A stretch of DNA of 64,000 nt from contig OZ024747.1 in assembly GCA_964016885.1 (NCBI GenBank), forward strand, positions 72,230,001 through 72,294,000, given 5' to 3'. Below, in pieces: positions 14,572-30,169 of the stretch. The position numbers and the translations under genes were made by a program. The DNA is from Eledone cirrhosa. Its lineage: Eukaryota. Position 1 is the stretch's first letter; each line of letters opens with the position of its first letter. The notes under the pieces are model-generated. The model did no database searches and had not been told where the DNA came from. It saw only the letters and a program-made list of their open reading frames with translations.

Positions 14572-15176
14572 TGCGTGTGCGTGTGTGTGTGTGTTGCTGG
14601 TGTTGTTAGTGTTGTTGGTGTTAGTGTTTCTGGTGATGTTGTTAGTGTCGTTGGATCATTAGCAACCCGCCTGAGGATGGAACAACGTAAGGTGGGGTAG
14701 CTGTTCCAGCGAGTATCGGTGGCCATTGTCCGTGGAAAAGCCTTTGTAGATTTGTCTGCCGGACGCATCCCAGCTCCAGGCATAGAGCCTGCCATCATCA
14801 CCTTTTCTTCCTTGATCTCGTACTCTTTGCCTTTTCCCTCTTTTTCCTCTCATTTATGGCATTTATAGCCCTTTCTTCTACTTTGCTGTACAATCAGATC
14901 TGCCCTTCTTTACCCCTTACCCCCTCTGTTCGTTGCTTGGTTTTGTTTTTATCCCTTTTTTTCTGTGGATACTGTCTTTTCTCATCTCAGTGTCTGACAG
15001 TGCACTGAGATGAGAAAAGATGGGAGAATCGGTTGGAAAGTTTGCAGGAGGGTTAACTCTGCTGAAGACAGCCAACAACCAGGTGGTGGTATAGAAGAAA
15101 CAACCGATTATGTCTGCCACCCACGAAATTTAATCTACCACACAAGGATTAAATAGATATAGATATTGGAGTATGC

Positions 15177-15207
<31 letters not shown>

Positions 15208-15575
15208 TGTATGTATGTATGTATGTATGTATGTATGTATGTATGTATGTATGTATGTATGTTTGCATATATGTTTGTATGTGTGCATGTATGTATTTAT
15301 ATATACATATACTAATATGTATATATATATATTACATTCATTTAATTTATTGATTTATTGAGATTTTTTATCTGAGTGTCCCGAATCTTCCGGATCGCAA
15401 ATTTTCGATCGTGCGGTTGATTATAGACTTGTTCTGTGTGTGACGGTATTTTAACGATAGTTATAGCTCTGATTTATCTAAATTATGGAGCACTCTGCCG
15501 CTCATATCGAATTTCGTTTATCGTGAACTCGTGCGCCGATTTTTCGATACTCGATCTTTCTAATATATATATATA

Positions 15576-15615
<40 letters not shown>

Positions 15616-15681
15616 CATCCACACATCCACACCCAAGCACACACATATATATGTATACACACACACACACACACACACACT

Positions 15682-15746
<65 letters not shown>

Positions 15747-16075
15747 AATTTCAGCCCAAATCACGCGTATTACTTCCGTCGTTGCCAGTGGATCTTATCT
15801 TTTAAAGCTTACGAATGAAATTCTAACCGAAGGAAATCCCTTTTCTATATCCTGGTACCTATCTTTAGACACCTAATCTACTTAAGAATCACTTCAACCA
15901 TCTTCCAGTCTTATGTTTCCTGGGTCTTCACAAGTATAGGAAATTCTCTTTATTCTATTATATTTTTCTTTTTTCTTTTATTGGTTTGTGACATTATAGG
16001 ACAACCTAGTTGGGGCTTCGTCTTGATTTAGTCGATCCAATCGGTCCCTGTGTATACTATTTCAAGTTTGGTGAG

Positions 16076-16300
16076 GGTGGGGGATTGGCAGTATCGGTAG
16101 CACGTCTGACACCCTGCTTCGCGGCGGCATAGAATTATGGCCTTTTAGATTCTAAGTTCAAATCCCGCCGAGGTTAGTTTTGCCTTTCATCCTTACGAAG
16201 TCGATGAAATAAAGTACCAGTAACGCACTGGGGTCGATTTGATCGACTTTCCCCTCCCTCCAATATTGTTAGTCCTGTGCCTAAATCAGAAACCATTGTT
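16076..16300 (+). mobile_element. SINE family A (tRNA-like head), full copy
   Basis: GTTCAAATCC B-box-like motif plus tttgcctttcatcc..gtcgat..aataaagtaccagt core. It recurs at ~18675, 21960, 30750, 32050-32720, 33423, 37740, 39140, 48425 and 48680. Confidence 0.85.
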
Positions 16301-16334
16301 TCAAGTTTGGTACTTATGTCACAGTCACAAATAT

Positions 16335-16398
<64 letters not shown>

Positions 16399-16746
16399 TC
16401 TCTCTTTCACACAGACGCACACTCAATGATATATATACGTGTACACACACACACAGACAGAAGAAATAATGTACACCTACGATTTTCACCCCATCGGCGC
16501 ACACATAACCACACCCATAATAGACATGGACTCGGCACCCACACCTGGGCCACTCACCTACCACCTCCAACTTTTTAAAAACTATTTTCCAAACTCCGAT
16601 TGCTACCTATGCTTTCTATGTCTCAGAACTCTCCAATTTCCTGAAGAATGACTTACGTTCAACCCTCCGCCAATTCCTCCTAAGCGAGATACTAACACAA
16701 CTTTGTGCTTTTGCATCCCTATGTTTGTGTTATCATTGCTATTATA

Positions 16747-18096
16747 TCTAATATATATTTGTGAAATGGGCAGTGGTTGAAATTCAAATGTGCACGGTTA
16801 AATGGTAGTAGACGTGGTCGGACTGACATGAAAATTTACACACCTATGTAAAAAGTACCAAGGAAGCAAATAGACGAGGTTTCAAATCTCTAACTTGAAA
16901 AATGTGGTTCCTGGGGCCCCAAAACTATCGCGTTCGGTGAGTTATTTCCCCTTGTTCTAATACTTTTGTCTTATTTACAATTTCATCATCCTTCTACATT
17001 TAACGATCATACAGTACCGTTTTATGAAATCGATTTGCAATACGGTCACTGTTTTCCATCAAAAGAAATAAAACCCTCGGCGATACTTGGTTTTAGTGTC
17101 CTAAATTATCATCATCGACATTCAATTATTAGCTCCACCCACTACACGATACGTCACGAAGGTAAATGTTTCGAAAACATTTTAAACTGTATATCGCAAC
17201 AATATATTGTTTAAAGAAATTTTTTTTCTGTTGTTAAAAACTGTAAATCTGTTAAAAAAAAATGTATTTCGCAGCAATTTTTTTCTGTTAAAAACTGTAA
17301 ATAAATATTCATGTAAAAATGAAGCATAGTGTTTCGGTTAAATACATTTTTTTAAAAACAGATTTACAGTTTTAAACAACAGAAAAAAAAATTTCTTTAA
17401 ACGATATATTGTTGCGATATACAGTTTAACATTTTTTCGAAACATTTACCTTCGTGACGTATCGTGTGTTAAAAAAAAAATGTATTTCGCAACAATTTTT
17501 TTTCTGTTAAAAACTGTAAATAAATATTCATGTAAAAATGAAGCATAGTTTTTCTGTGAAAAACTGTAAATAAATATTTATTTTGTTCAATAAATAAATC
17601 AGAAATCTAATTTTCTCTGTTAATATTTTAATAAATATTTATTCTAAAAATTCAATGTTTTTTCATGTAAAAATGAAGCATGTAAGAAAATGAACATGTA
17701 AAAATCAAGCCGCAGCAGCAGCGGATGACGTGTCGTGTAGTGGGTGGAGCTAATAATTGAATGTCGATGATAATTTAGGACACTAAAACCAAGTATCGCC
17801 AAACCCTTAAATTGCGAAGAAGGGACGCGTGTTTTTATTTTAATTCTAATACATGTTAACCACCACTAACAGTAAGTAGTATTTTTCAAATTGCATATCA
17901 TCGACATTGCTATTTCGCTGTTAATAAACAACGCTTTTCACGTCGCTCCACTTCTCATTGTACGCCGTCCAGCCCCAAGTGCATATTTCTATTTTTTTCC
18001 CTGAAACTGCTTCTTTATAATAAACTTTCAATAATATTTTTCAAATTATTAACTTAATAAAAAGTGGCCCCGGGTGCAACCGGGCTCAGCTGCTAG
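16747..18096 (+). mobile_element. Non-autonomous Helitron
   Basis: A|TCTAATATATA 5' end, GC hairpin CCCGG-gtgcaa-CCGGG at 18069-18084 and CTAG|T 3' end. Internal inverted repeats at 17075-17800. Confidence 0.78.
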
Positions 18097-18837
18097 TATA
18101 TAATAAAAGTAACAAAGATCACTAGTATTAAGTCAACGAACTCCGGCCAACGTCTAGCTCATGTTCAGAAAATCACGCAATATCAGCAGATATTTACGTA
18201 ATCGGGTTATTACACGTGTTCAGCAGGTGGCCCAAATCATATGATAGGTCCATCACTAATATAAGCTATCTAGCAGTTTTCGGCATTTTCATACTGCCTC
18301 TAATGAAAAGCGGAAGAATTCCATCGTGGACTAAAACAGGTGGTTTGGTGGTTGAATTCAAACAAGAGAAATCGTACCAAACAAAGCACTCTACCAGCTT
18401 CTCGTATACACACATACACACATAACGAGGTTTATGCATATATACATATATCATATATACAAGAAAGTAATAGCTGATTTGTGATACAAAGACGAACATT
18501 AAATACTCAAAATTTAATATTAGGAAACATAAACATGAAATATTGAAAAATGTAACCTTATACAGGAGATTCAAATCAGCACAGCTGTATATAGATTTTC
18601 TCGTTGGTTTAGTCATTGCGGCTGGCTTACCGGTCGCAATTTTCAATTTGCCAAGCTGTCTAAACGTAATGGTCCTTACGGGGTCGATAAAATAAAGTAC
18701 CAGTAATGCACTGAGTGATTGCTGGCTTTGTGCCAAAAGTAGAAGCAGTTATTACTCTAAGGTAAAATACCTTACTGAGTGCTTAGCTGCACATTCCGAT
18801 TGCATTCGTTAGCATAGCTGCAGCCAGAGCTGAACTT

Positions 18838-18964
<127 letters not shown>

Positions 18965-18965
18965 C

Positions 18966-19070
<105 letters not shown>

Positions 19071-19100
19071 AACAAAAGATGGTTAAAGGAGTTCCATGTA

Positions 19101-19167
19101 TTTTATTATGCGCATTTCAAAAACAAATATCATCATGCAATAATATTTGTGTTTTCATCAGATAAAA
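19101..19167 (-). ncRNA. Minimal type-I hammerhead ribozyme (canonical core)
   Basis: TTTTAT-CTGATGA-long AT-rich stem II-GAA-ATGCGCAT-A-ATAAAA. Six-bp stem I and palindromic stem III, in an island between two (TA)n arrays. Confidence 0.8.
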
Positions 19168-19260
19168 CAGGAGGACATGATATGAAGGCTAAAAAACACT
19201 TGTGGATAGTTCAGTTTTAAATCAACATATCAACATTGTACTACAATAAAACTGACCTCC

Positions 19261-19361
<101 letters not shown>

Positions 19362-19373
19362 ATACATACATAC

Positions 19374-19690
<317 letters not shown>

Positions 19691-19845
19691 ATATATATAT
19701 ATATATATATATTAACGAGAAATGAAGATACCACATCTATGATGGATGATACGAATAAAGTCGAGTGCTTCTGCTTTTTGTATCACTGTCTACTAACTGG
19801 AATGACTAGACCAACCCATTACCTTAGCCATTCACCATAAATGGG

Positions 19846-19883
<38 letters not shown>

Positions 19884-19920
19884 TATTCTAGGATATATAT
19901 ATATCTAGGATATATATATA

Positions 19921-20134
19921 TTCTATTCTAGGGCGGGTAAAATTCCCGAGATCCATGGACGAGTTCTCTCCAGCGGTCTCTGTCCCTCATTATCGCTGCC
20001 ATGTCCTGCGTTTCCAACAGACCAGTGTCTGTCCTTAGGGCATCAACATACGTTAACCTTGGTCTTCCTCTTCCAGTGTGTCCATGTTGGGGCTCTCACA
20101 GGAGCACTGAGTGCAATGTCAACTCTGGGTGTCG
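19921..20134 (-). mobile_element. RTE 3' end fragment
   Basis: Closely matches 13185-13391. Confidence 0.9.
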
Positions 20135-20468
20135 ATATGTCCAGCTCCTGGGTGTGTTGTTATTCCTCGGAGGAATAACAACACACCCAGGAGCTGGACA
20201 TATCGCTGTATTGACGGAGTGAAACACACCTCAACAACATGTGCACCTGTCTTTCCCACACCAATTCGGACTGCCTGAAGAGGTCACAGCCAATGATGGC
20301 TGTCACCGAAATATATATAGCAGTATATCTATAATTTATAATAAACGAAGCCAAATTTTACATATTTGACTTAATTATTTTACATTACTCCGGAGTAAAC
20401 AAACCAACCTGCGTACTTCGTCGAGTGCTCCAATCTGCATACTGAGGTGTCGGTAAACAACCAACATA
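20133..20468 (+). mobile_element. PLE 3' fragment with 5' fold-back (hairpin 20133-20205)
   Basis: A possible ORF end (..QELDISLY*), then an HHR, then GAGTGC at 20423, then TA-rich sequence. Confidence 0.65.
20270..20324 (+). ncRNA. Minimal type-I hammerhead ribozyme (canonical core)
   Basis: ACTGC-CTGAAGA-GGT c ACAGCCA atga TGGCTGT c ACC-GAA-ATATATAT-A-GCAGT. Predicted cleavage after A20319. Confidence 0.88.
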
Positions 20469-21157
20469 TACTCAAAATTTATATATATATATATGTTATT
20501 ATGTGGGTAACTTGTAGTTACTAGCAGCGTCGCTGGTCAAATCACTCGATGATGTTACTATGTCCGTCTCTCATTGGGTTGTGCTCCAGGTTTAAGGGAG
20601 CTGTAGTTTGCAGAGTGTATATAAAGTGACAATAACAATTGCAGCTTTTTGTAAACTTATTTACCATGTTACAATTTGTTTCCATATCGATCAACTCAGG
20701 TTTGGTCATGTGATCGGATCTCGATTCTTAATCGACACTTCTTCAGATATGACAGTTTACATCGGTGATGGTATGTGATTCATGGGTGATGAAAAAGTGT
20801 CGATTAAGAGTCGCCTAAACCGACGGAGGTCCATGCCATTAGTGCAATTAATAGTTTCAAACATAAATAACTTTAATGTTCCTTTGTGATTGTGTAAGGA
20901 GCGCCAGTGAACAGGAAATAGTATGTTAAAGGAGAATGTGTTGCCGGATGTGAACGGGTGGCTGTTTACATACAGGAGAGGGCTAAAAAAATACATGAAA
21001 ATGGCTGATGAAAGAAAAGGCATTCATTCAGTTAAGAGAATAAGAAAGTCGTCTCGACCCACAGAACAATGGAAGTACCAGAAACGGAAATTCTTTTACA
21101 GCATACATCATAAACAACTAAGTTCTTTCGCATGCAGTGCGATCTATCTATCTATCC

Positions 21158-21188
<31 letters not shown>

Positions 21189-21198
21189 AATCTATCTA

Positions 21199-21288
<90 letters not shown>

Positions 21289-21404
21289 TGCATACACACA
21301 TATATACAGATTAATATATATAGAAATATAGATAGATAGATAGAATGGATAAGTACAGTGTAAAGGTTTCCACATGATCAAAACCAGTGTACTTAATACG
21401 AAAG

Positions 21405-21615
21405 CAGAGTTCTAGCAATGGACTCTCTATTATGAACACCTTCTTCCAGCACAGAGGCATCCATAAATATACGCGGTATAAGGGGAATCGGGGACTCAGA
21501 TCAATAATTGATTTTGTTATTGTCTCTGATCGCTTCGATACTGTGGATGTTCGTGTTAAGAGAGAAGCCAAGCTATCAACTGATCACCATCTAGTTATCT
21601 GCAACTTGAAACTAC
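21405..21615 (+). mobile_element. RTE-clade AP endonuclease fragment
   Basis: NGLSIMNTFFQHRGIHKYT...SIIDFVIV...LSTDHHLV. Confidence 0.82.
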
Positions 21616-22491
21616 CTGAAACCATAGAAGCCCACAAAACTGGCAGGTCCAGTAAAGTCTACCCTGGAAAGAGTGTTTGACGACTCTGCCTCCACGAGCC
21701 TCTGGCATCCATCGGTCCCAAAAGACCATGATCTGCGCCTGGAGAATTTTGTGTCAGCTGCTGATGGCGATGCAGTGTCTGCTGTGGCTGTACAACCCCA
21801 CACGGGAGTGGCAGTCCCTACGCAGGTCTGAACACTGTCGATTTCTTCCAGAGAAGGGGGTGGCAGTGAGAGGGAGAAGTGACAAAAAGACGTAGAGGAA
21901 GAATCGACCGGACTGGGACATTTTGTTATCAACTTCGAAAGGACGAAAGGCAAATTTGTCCTCAACTTTGTATTTTATTCTTACGGGGTCGATAAAATAA
22001 AGCACCAGTATTACACATAGTTCGAGTTAATCGACTTTCTCCTTCCACCCAAAAATTGTTGGCCTTGTGCCTAAATCATAAACCATTATTAATCTCACGT
22101 GAAAATTGGGACCTGACGGAGGTTCTATACACAACATACACATAATTGTAATTCGAGGAAAAAGGTTTTGGCTGCTATTTCTAACCTATTGATCAGCGAC
22201 ATATAACCACCTCTAATTTATTTCTATTTTTACTCCCTTCCATACAAAAATGTTCTGTTTTTAATTTTGCTTAATTGAGTATTTAAAATATTTATCAATA
22301 ATGAAATAAAATCTTATTTTAATTGTTTCCCTTTTTTGCTGTCTCACCATTTTTGACTTGTGTAAGACAGACGGTGTTGTTGACTGCTCCACCCATGAGA
22401 GGCACCCCGACCGTGAAATCTCTACCCAACACCACAGGATGCGTATGTATATATGTATGTATGCATGATTGTATGTAAGTTTGTATATATC

Positions 22492-22562
<71 letters not shown>

Positions 22563-22683
22563 ATATATGTATATATATATTTCTCTCTCTCTCTCTATAT
22601 ATATACATATGTACATATATATATATGTATATATGTATATATATGTATATATATATATATATGTACATATATATATATGTATA

Positions 22684-22719
<36 letters not shown>

Positions 22720-22736
22720 CATATATATATATATGT

Positions 22737-22794
<58 letters not shown>

Positions 22795-23029
22795 GTATGT
22801 ATGTATGTATGCATGTATGTATGAATGTATGCATGTATGTATGAATGTGTGTGTATGTATGAATGTGTGTACATATATATATATGTATGTATGTGTATAT
22901 ATATATATATATATACACATATATGCACGTATGTGTATGTTTGTGTATGCATGTAATAATTATGTGCATGCATGTTTATATATATATATATAAAGAGAGA
23001 GAGAGGGGGGCATATACTGTGCTGGGATT

Positions 23030-26000
23030 TATGTGTATATTATACACTATATATCCCAACACAACATGTGTATATTATACACTATATATCCCAACACAGC
23101 ATGTGTATATTATACACTATATATCCCAACACAGCATGTGTATATTATACACTATATATCCCAACACAGCATGTGTATATTATACACTATATATCCCAAC
23201 ACAGCATGTGTATATTATACACTATATATCCCAACACAACATGTGTATATTATACACTATATATCCCAACACAACATGTGTATATTACACACTATATATC
23301 CCAACACAACATGTGTATATTATACACTATATATCCCAACACAGCATGTGTATATTATACACTATATATCCCAACACAACATGTGTATATTATACACTAT
23401 ATATCCCAACACAGCATGTGTATATTATACACTATATATCCCAACACAACATGTGTATATTATACACTATATATCCCAACACAACATGTGTATATTATAC
23501 ACTATATATCCCAACACAACATGTGTATATTATACAGTATATATCCCAACACAACATGTGTATATTATACACTATATATCCCAACACAACATGTGTATAT
23601 TATACACTATATATCCCAACACAGCATGTGTATATTATACACTATATATCCCAACACAACATGTGTATATTATACACTATATATCCCAACACAACATGTG
23701 TATATTATACACTATATATCCCAACACAACATGTGTATATTATACACTATATATCCCAACACAGCATGTGTATATTATACACTATATATCCCAACACAAC
23801 ATGTGTATATTATACACTATATATCCCAACACAACATGTGTATATTATACACTATATATCCCAACACAGCATGTGTATATTATACACTATATATCCCAAC
23901 ACAACATGTGTATATTATACACTATATATCCCAACACAACATGTGTATATTATACACTATATATCCCAACACAACATGTGTATATTATACACTATATATC
24001 CCAACACAACATGTGTATATTATACAGTATATATCCCAACACAACATGTGTATATTATACACTATATATCCCAACACAACATGTGTATATTATACACTAT
24101 ATATCCCAACACAGCATGTGTATATTATACACTATATATCCCAACACAACATGTGTATATTATACACTATATATCCCAACACAACATGTGTATATTATAC
24201 ACTATATATCCCAACACAACATGTGTATATTATACACTATATATCCCAACACAGCATGTGTATATTATACACTATATATCCCAACACAACATGTGTATAT
24301 TATACACTATATATCCCAACACAACATGTGTATATTATACACTATATATCCCAACACAGCATGTGTATATTATACACTATATATCCCAACACAACATGTG
24401 TATATCATACACTATATATCCCAACACAACATGTGTATATTATACACTATATATCCCAACACAACATGTGTATATTATACACTATATATCCCAACACAAC
24501 ATGTGTATATTATACACTATATATCCCAACACAACATGTGTATATTATACACTATATATCCCAACACAACATGTGTATATTATACACTATATATCCCAAC
24601 ACAGCATGTGTATATTATACACTATATATCCCAACACATGTGTATATTATACACTATATATCCCAACACAACATGTGTATATTATACACTATATATCCCA
24701 ACACAACATGTGTATATTATACACTATATATCCCAACACAACATGTGTATATTATACACTATATATCCCAACACAACATGTGTATATTATACACTATATA
24801 TCCCAACACAACATGTGTATATTATACACTATATATCCCAACACAACATGTGTATATTATACACTATATATCCCAACACAACATGTGTATATTATACACT
24901 ATATATCCCAACACAACATGTGTATATTATACAGTATATATCCCAACACAACATGTGTATATTATACACTATATATCCCAACACAACATGTGTATATTAT
25001 ACACTATATATCCCAACACAGCATGTGTATATTATACACTATATATCCCAACACAACATGTGTATATTATACACTATATATCCCAACACAACATGTGTAT
25101 ATTATACACTATATATCCCAACACAACATGTGTATATTATACACTATATATCCCAACACAACATGTGTATATTATACACTATATATCCCAACACAACATG
25201 TGTATATTATACACTATATATCCCAACACAACATGTGTATATTATACACTATATATCCCAACACAACATGTGTATATTATACACAATATATCCCAACACA
25301 ACATGTGTATATTATACACTATATATCCCAACACAACATGTGTATATTATACAGTATATATCCCAACACAGCATGTGTATATTATACACTATATATCCCA
25401 ACACAACATGTGTATATTATACACTATATATCCCAACACAACATGTGTATATTATACACTATATATCCCAACACAACATGTGTATATTATACACTATATA
25501 TCCCAACACAACATGTGTATATTATACACTATATATCCCAACACAACATGTGTATATTATAATATCCCAACACAACATGTGTATATTATACACTATATAT
25601 CAACTCACCATGGTTAACACTATACACAACATGTGGTATATTAATACACGTGATATTATCCCAACACAACATGTGTATATTATACACTATATATCTCAAC
25701 ACAACATGTGTATATTATACACTATATATCCCAACACAACATGTGTATATTATACACTATAATCCCAACACAACATGTGTATATTATACACTATATATCC
25801 CAACACAACATGTGTATATTATACACTATATATCCCAACACAGCATGTGTATATTATACACTATATATCCCAACACAACATGTGTATATTATACACTATA
25901 TATCCCAACACAGCATGTGTATATTATACACTATATATCCCAACACAACATGTGTATATTATACACTATATATCCCAACACAGCATGTGTATATTATACA

Positions 26001-27906
26001 CTATATATCCCAACACAACATGTGTATATTATACACTATATATCCGCAACACAACATGTGTATATTATACACTATATATCCCAACACAACATGTGTAATA
26101 TTATACACTATATATCCCAACACAGCATGTGTATATTATACACTATATATCCCAACACAACATGTGTATATTATACACTATATATCCAACACAACATGTG
26201 TATATTATACAGTATATATCCCAACACAGCATGTGTATATTATACACTATATATCCCAACACAACATGTGTATATTATACACTATATATCCCAACACAGC
26301 ATGTGTATAATATATACTATATATCCCAACACAACATGTGTATATTATACACTATATATCCCAAACACAACATGTGTATATTATACACTATATATCCCAA
26401 CACAACATGTGTATATTATACACTATATATCCCAACACAACATGTGTATATTATACACTATATATCCCAACACAACATGTGTATATTATACACTATATAT
26501 CCCAACACAACATGTGTATATTATACACTATATATCCCAACACAACATGTGTATATTATACACTATATATATCCAACACAACATGTGTATATTATACACT
26601 ATATATCCCAACACAGCATGTGTATATTATACACTATATATCCCACACATGTGTATATTATACACTATATATCCCAACACAACATGTGTATATTATACAC
26701 TATATATCCCAACACAACATGTGTATATTATACACTATATATCCCAACAAACATGTGTATATTATACACTATATATCCCAACACAACATGTGTATATTAT
26801 ACACTATATATCCCAACACAACATGTGTATATTATACACTATATATCCCAACACAACATGTGTATATTATACACTATATATCCCAACACAAAATGTGTAT
26901 ATTATACACTATATATCCCAACACAACATGTGTATATTATACAGTATATATCCCAACACAGCATGTGTATATTATACACTATATATCCCAACACAACATG
27001 TGTATATTATACACGTATATATCCCAACACAACATGTGTATATTATACACTATATATCCCAACACAACATGTGTATATTATACAGTATATATCCCAACAC
27101 AACATGTGTATATTATACACTATATATCCCAACACAACATGTGTATATTATACACTATATATCCCAACACAACATGTGTATATTATACACTATATATCCC
27201 AACACAACATGTGTATATTATACACTATATATCCCAACACAGCATGTGTATATTATACACTATATATCCCAACACAACATGTGTATATTATACACTATAT
27301 ATCCCAACACAACATGTGTATATTATACAGTATATATCCCAACACAACATGTGTATATTATACACTATATATCCCAACACAACATGTGTATATTATACAG
27401 TATATATCCCAACACAACATGTGTATATTATACACTATATATCCCAACACAACATGTGTATATTATACAGTATATATCCCAACACAACATGTGTATATTA
27501 TACACTATATATCCCAACACAACATGTGTATATTATACAGTATATATCCCAACACAACATGTGTATATTATACACTATATATCCCAACACAACATGTGTA
27601 TATTATACAGTATATATCCCAACACAACATGTGTATATTATACACTATATATCCCAACACAACATGTGTATATTATACACTATATATCCCAACACATGTG
27701 TATATTATGCAGTATATATCCCAACACAACATGTGTATATTATACACTATATATCCCAACACAACATGTGTATATTATACACTATATATCCCAACACATG
27801 TGTATATTATGCAGTATATATCCCAACACAACATGTGTATATTATACACTATATATCCCAACACAACATGTGTATATTATACACTATATATCCCAACACA
27901 ACATGT
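23030..27906 (+). repeat. 35-bp minisatellite, ~140 copies (ATGTGTATATTATACACTATATATCCCAACACAAC)
   Basis: Period 35 read directly (units start at 23101, 23136, 23171). Confidence 0.98.
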
Positions 27907-27958
27907 ATTCTATGAAATTCTAGAGAGAGAAACCTTCCATGGTAGTTATATAGAAATA

Positions 27959-28868
27959 CTAGCAGTAAAGCCCGGCTTTGCTCGGGGTCGCTCAGTAGCT
28001 GTGTTAAAGTTACAATGTTAAGTTTCTTTCTTGGCTTAAAAACTGTAGTGTCTACTGTGCAGACTTGCATGTGGTGATTAATATTCCCTCAACCAACAAT
28101 ATGCCTTATGAAGTTAAGAAAACATAACGATAACCCGAATGTTATAACAAAGGAGGATGCTGGGGATAGAAACTGCACTGGTTATTTATTAACAAAGATC
28201 GAAAATGTAAACACTGCAACGCAGAGAAAAACATTAGCGTAACCAAATTATCAGTTATGTCTGTCTGCACGCCTATATCACCTCTCTGCACGACTGTCTG
28301 TCTGCACGCCTATATCACCTCTCTGCACGACTGTCTGTCTGCACGCCTATATCACCTCTCTGCACGACTGTCTGTCTGCACGACTGTCTGTCTGCACGCC
28401 TAACGACGAAATATTTGCTTGTTTTACGTAGTCTTTAAATAGACTTGTTTTCAAGTAAAAATATTGTTTTAAAATGCTTTTAAATGGAAATGAAGCAAAA
28501 CGGAAGTTTAGTGTTCGAACTGATGAATTTTGCAGGTCAATATTTTGCTGGCTCGACAACTGTCTGTTCGTGTATTGTGTTAATGTCATTTTAAACGCTG
28601 AGAAAGCCAGCGTAATTTTTTACGTAAGACGCTCAATGTAAACAGAACAAAGGGAAATAACTGATAACTTACGCTCAAAAATCGATACATTATATTCGAT
28701 TTCGTCACATAGGGCGGGTCAATTTGAAATATTTTTTTTTCCGATGTCTTCGCTAGGGCTCAATGTACAAGTATAGCAATTTCGGTGCAATTCCGTGAGA
28801 GATTCTAAGAGGAGATGTGTGCCAAAAATCGATAGACAGACAGACAACCACAGTTTTATATATATAGA
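27959..28868 (-). mobile_element. Non-autonomous Helitron
   Basis: On the minus strand: A|TCTATATATATAAAACTG 5' end, hairpin CCCGAGC-aaa-GCCGGG, then CTAG|T. Internal ~38-bp tandem repeat at 28258-28400. Confidence 0.8.
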
Positions 28869-29024
28869 TAATGTGTGTGGTTCTTATAGAGAGGAGGAGG
28901 AGGAGGAGGAGGTGAGTAGCATAACATTAGGACAGGGGAGGAGGAGGAGAAGAAGAAGAAGAAGAAGAAGAAGAAGAAGAAGAAGAAGAAAAAGGAGAAG
29001 AAAAAGAAGAAGAAAAGAAGAAGA

Positions 29025-29690
29025 AGAAGTCAGTGGGCTTGAGGCTCGACATCAGGAAGAAAGGCAAGTCCCTGCCGTGAGGCAGTGTCGTGGGATGCTG
29101 GACCGACGGACTGGTTAAATTACTGAAGGCCTTATTCGGTCCTGATCTCCAAGTAGACAGAAGCCAAGATGCTGTTACGAGAAAAGTGGTAGGTCTCATT
29201 CAGAAATGAGCTGGGCAGAAGTGGTGAATACTCGTCCCAGTCCACGTCTGCTCTTCCAGAATCTTGTGGAAAAGTCCGTCCATGCCCCACTGGTCAGATG
29301 GTCCATCTGTTGCCAACATCCATTGTGCCGCGGATGCAGGCTCTCGTTGACTGTTGATGCGACATTTGTAATGATTCCTAGACTATTAGCGGGTGTGGTT
29401 GACTTTTGTCAGACCGATGCTTTTCTGCAATTAATTTTCCTGACGCAGCCGCAACCTTGGGTGAAGAAAAGATGAAGGGATTCCTGAATTAGCCTTAGGC
29501 ATTCATCTTTCTGTACCAGGAGGACTGAATGCCTGATACAATTGTATATTATGTATACCTAACTTCAATAGCTTGTGTACAAGTTACCCATTTTCCCCCA
29601 TTTCTATGTAAACCCCTCTCCTCACTTCATATTGTAACGTGTATTTGTAATGTTTCCTTCCTTAGATGCTCTAGTGGGAAATATAAGAAT
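29025..29690 (+). mobile_element. Old, deleted Tx1 ORF2 / 3' UTR fragment
   Basis: Similar to 6715-7250 (aagtcagtggg..., gctggac.gac.gg..ggttaaat, tccat.tg.tg.caaca.cc). Ends in (ATC)n. Confidence 0.7.
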
Positions 29691-30169
29691 CATCATCATC
29701 ATCATTATCAACAACAATAGTAGCATCAACAGCAGTAAGCTCAACGAGAAACCTATCTCATATTCGCTATTGTTAGTAAAATCAGTGTTGTTTGGGTGCA
29801 TGAAAGTAAGAGACTCGGTAGGGTGGAGTTAATCTCGTGTTAAGCTGAGAGTACAAGGTTACATCATTACCCCAAGGAGGACAAGGTTAACCCACAGATA
29901 ATGCTGAGACTTAATTTTTTTGTTTCAACTAATTGAAATGGAGCCATGTGAAGTGAAGTGTCTTGTTCGAGAGTGCAATCCCCCACCCGGTCCGAGAATC
30001 GAACCCACGACTTTACGATCATAAAATCAACACCACGAACCACATAATAGATGCGCCACCTAGATGTGAGAATGGAATGAGATATATGTCTTCATACTGG
30101 AACATCTATTTTGATGTTTCTCTCACTTGAGCTTGGAGAAGGGCTGAACATTTACTAGGTCCAGGTCTA

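Noticed and set aside
14590-15125. Possible decayed Tx1 ORF1 (GRLYAWSWDASG resembles a broken zinc knuckle)
   Set aside because: Too degenerate to support without an alignment.
23030-27906. CRISPR array (35-bp palindromic repeats)
   Set aside because: The units are head-to-tail with no unique spacers, there are no cas genes, and the context is eukaryotic.
22863-28021. Very long ORFs (500-900 aa) in three frames
   Set aside because: They arise because the 35-bp unit has no stop codon on the plus strand. All frames give the same peptide, and frameshifting indels are tolerated.
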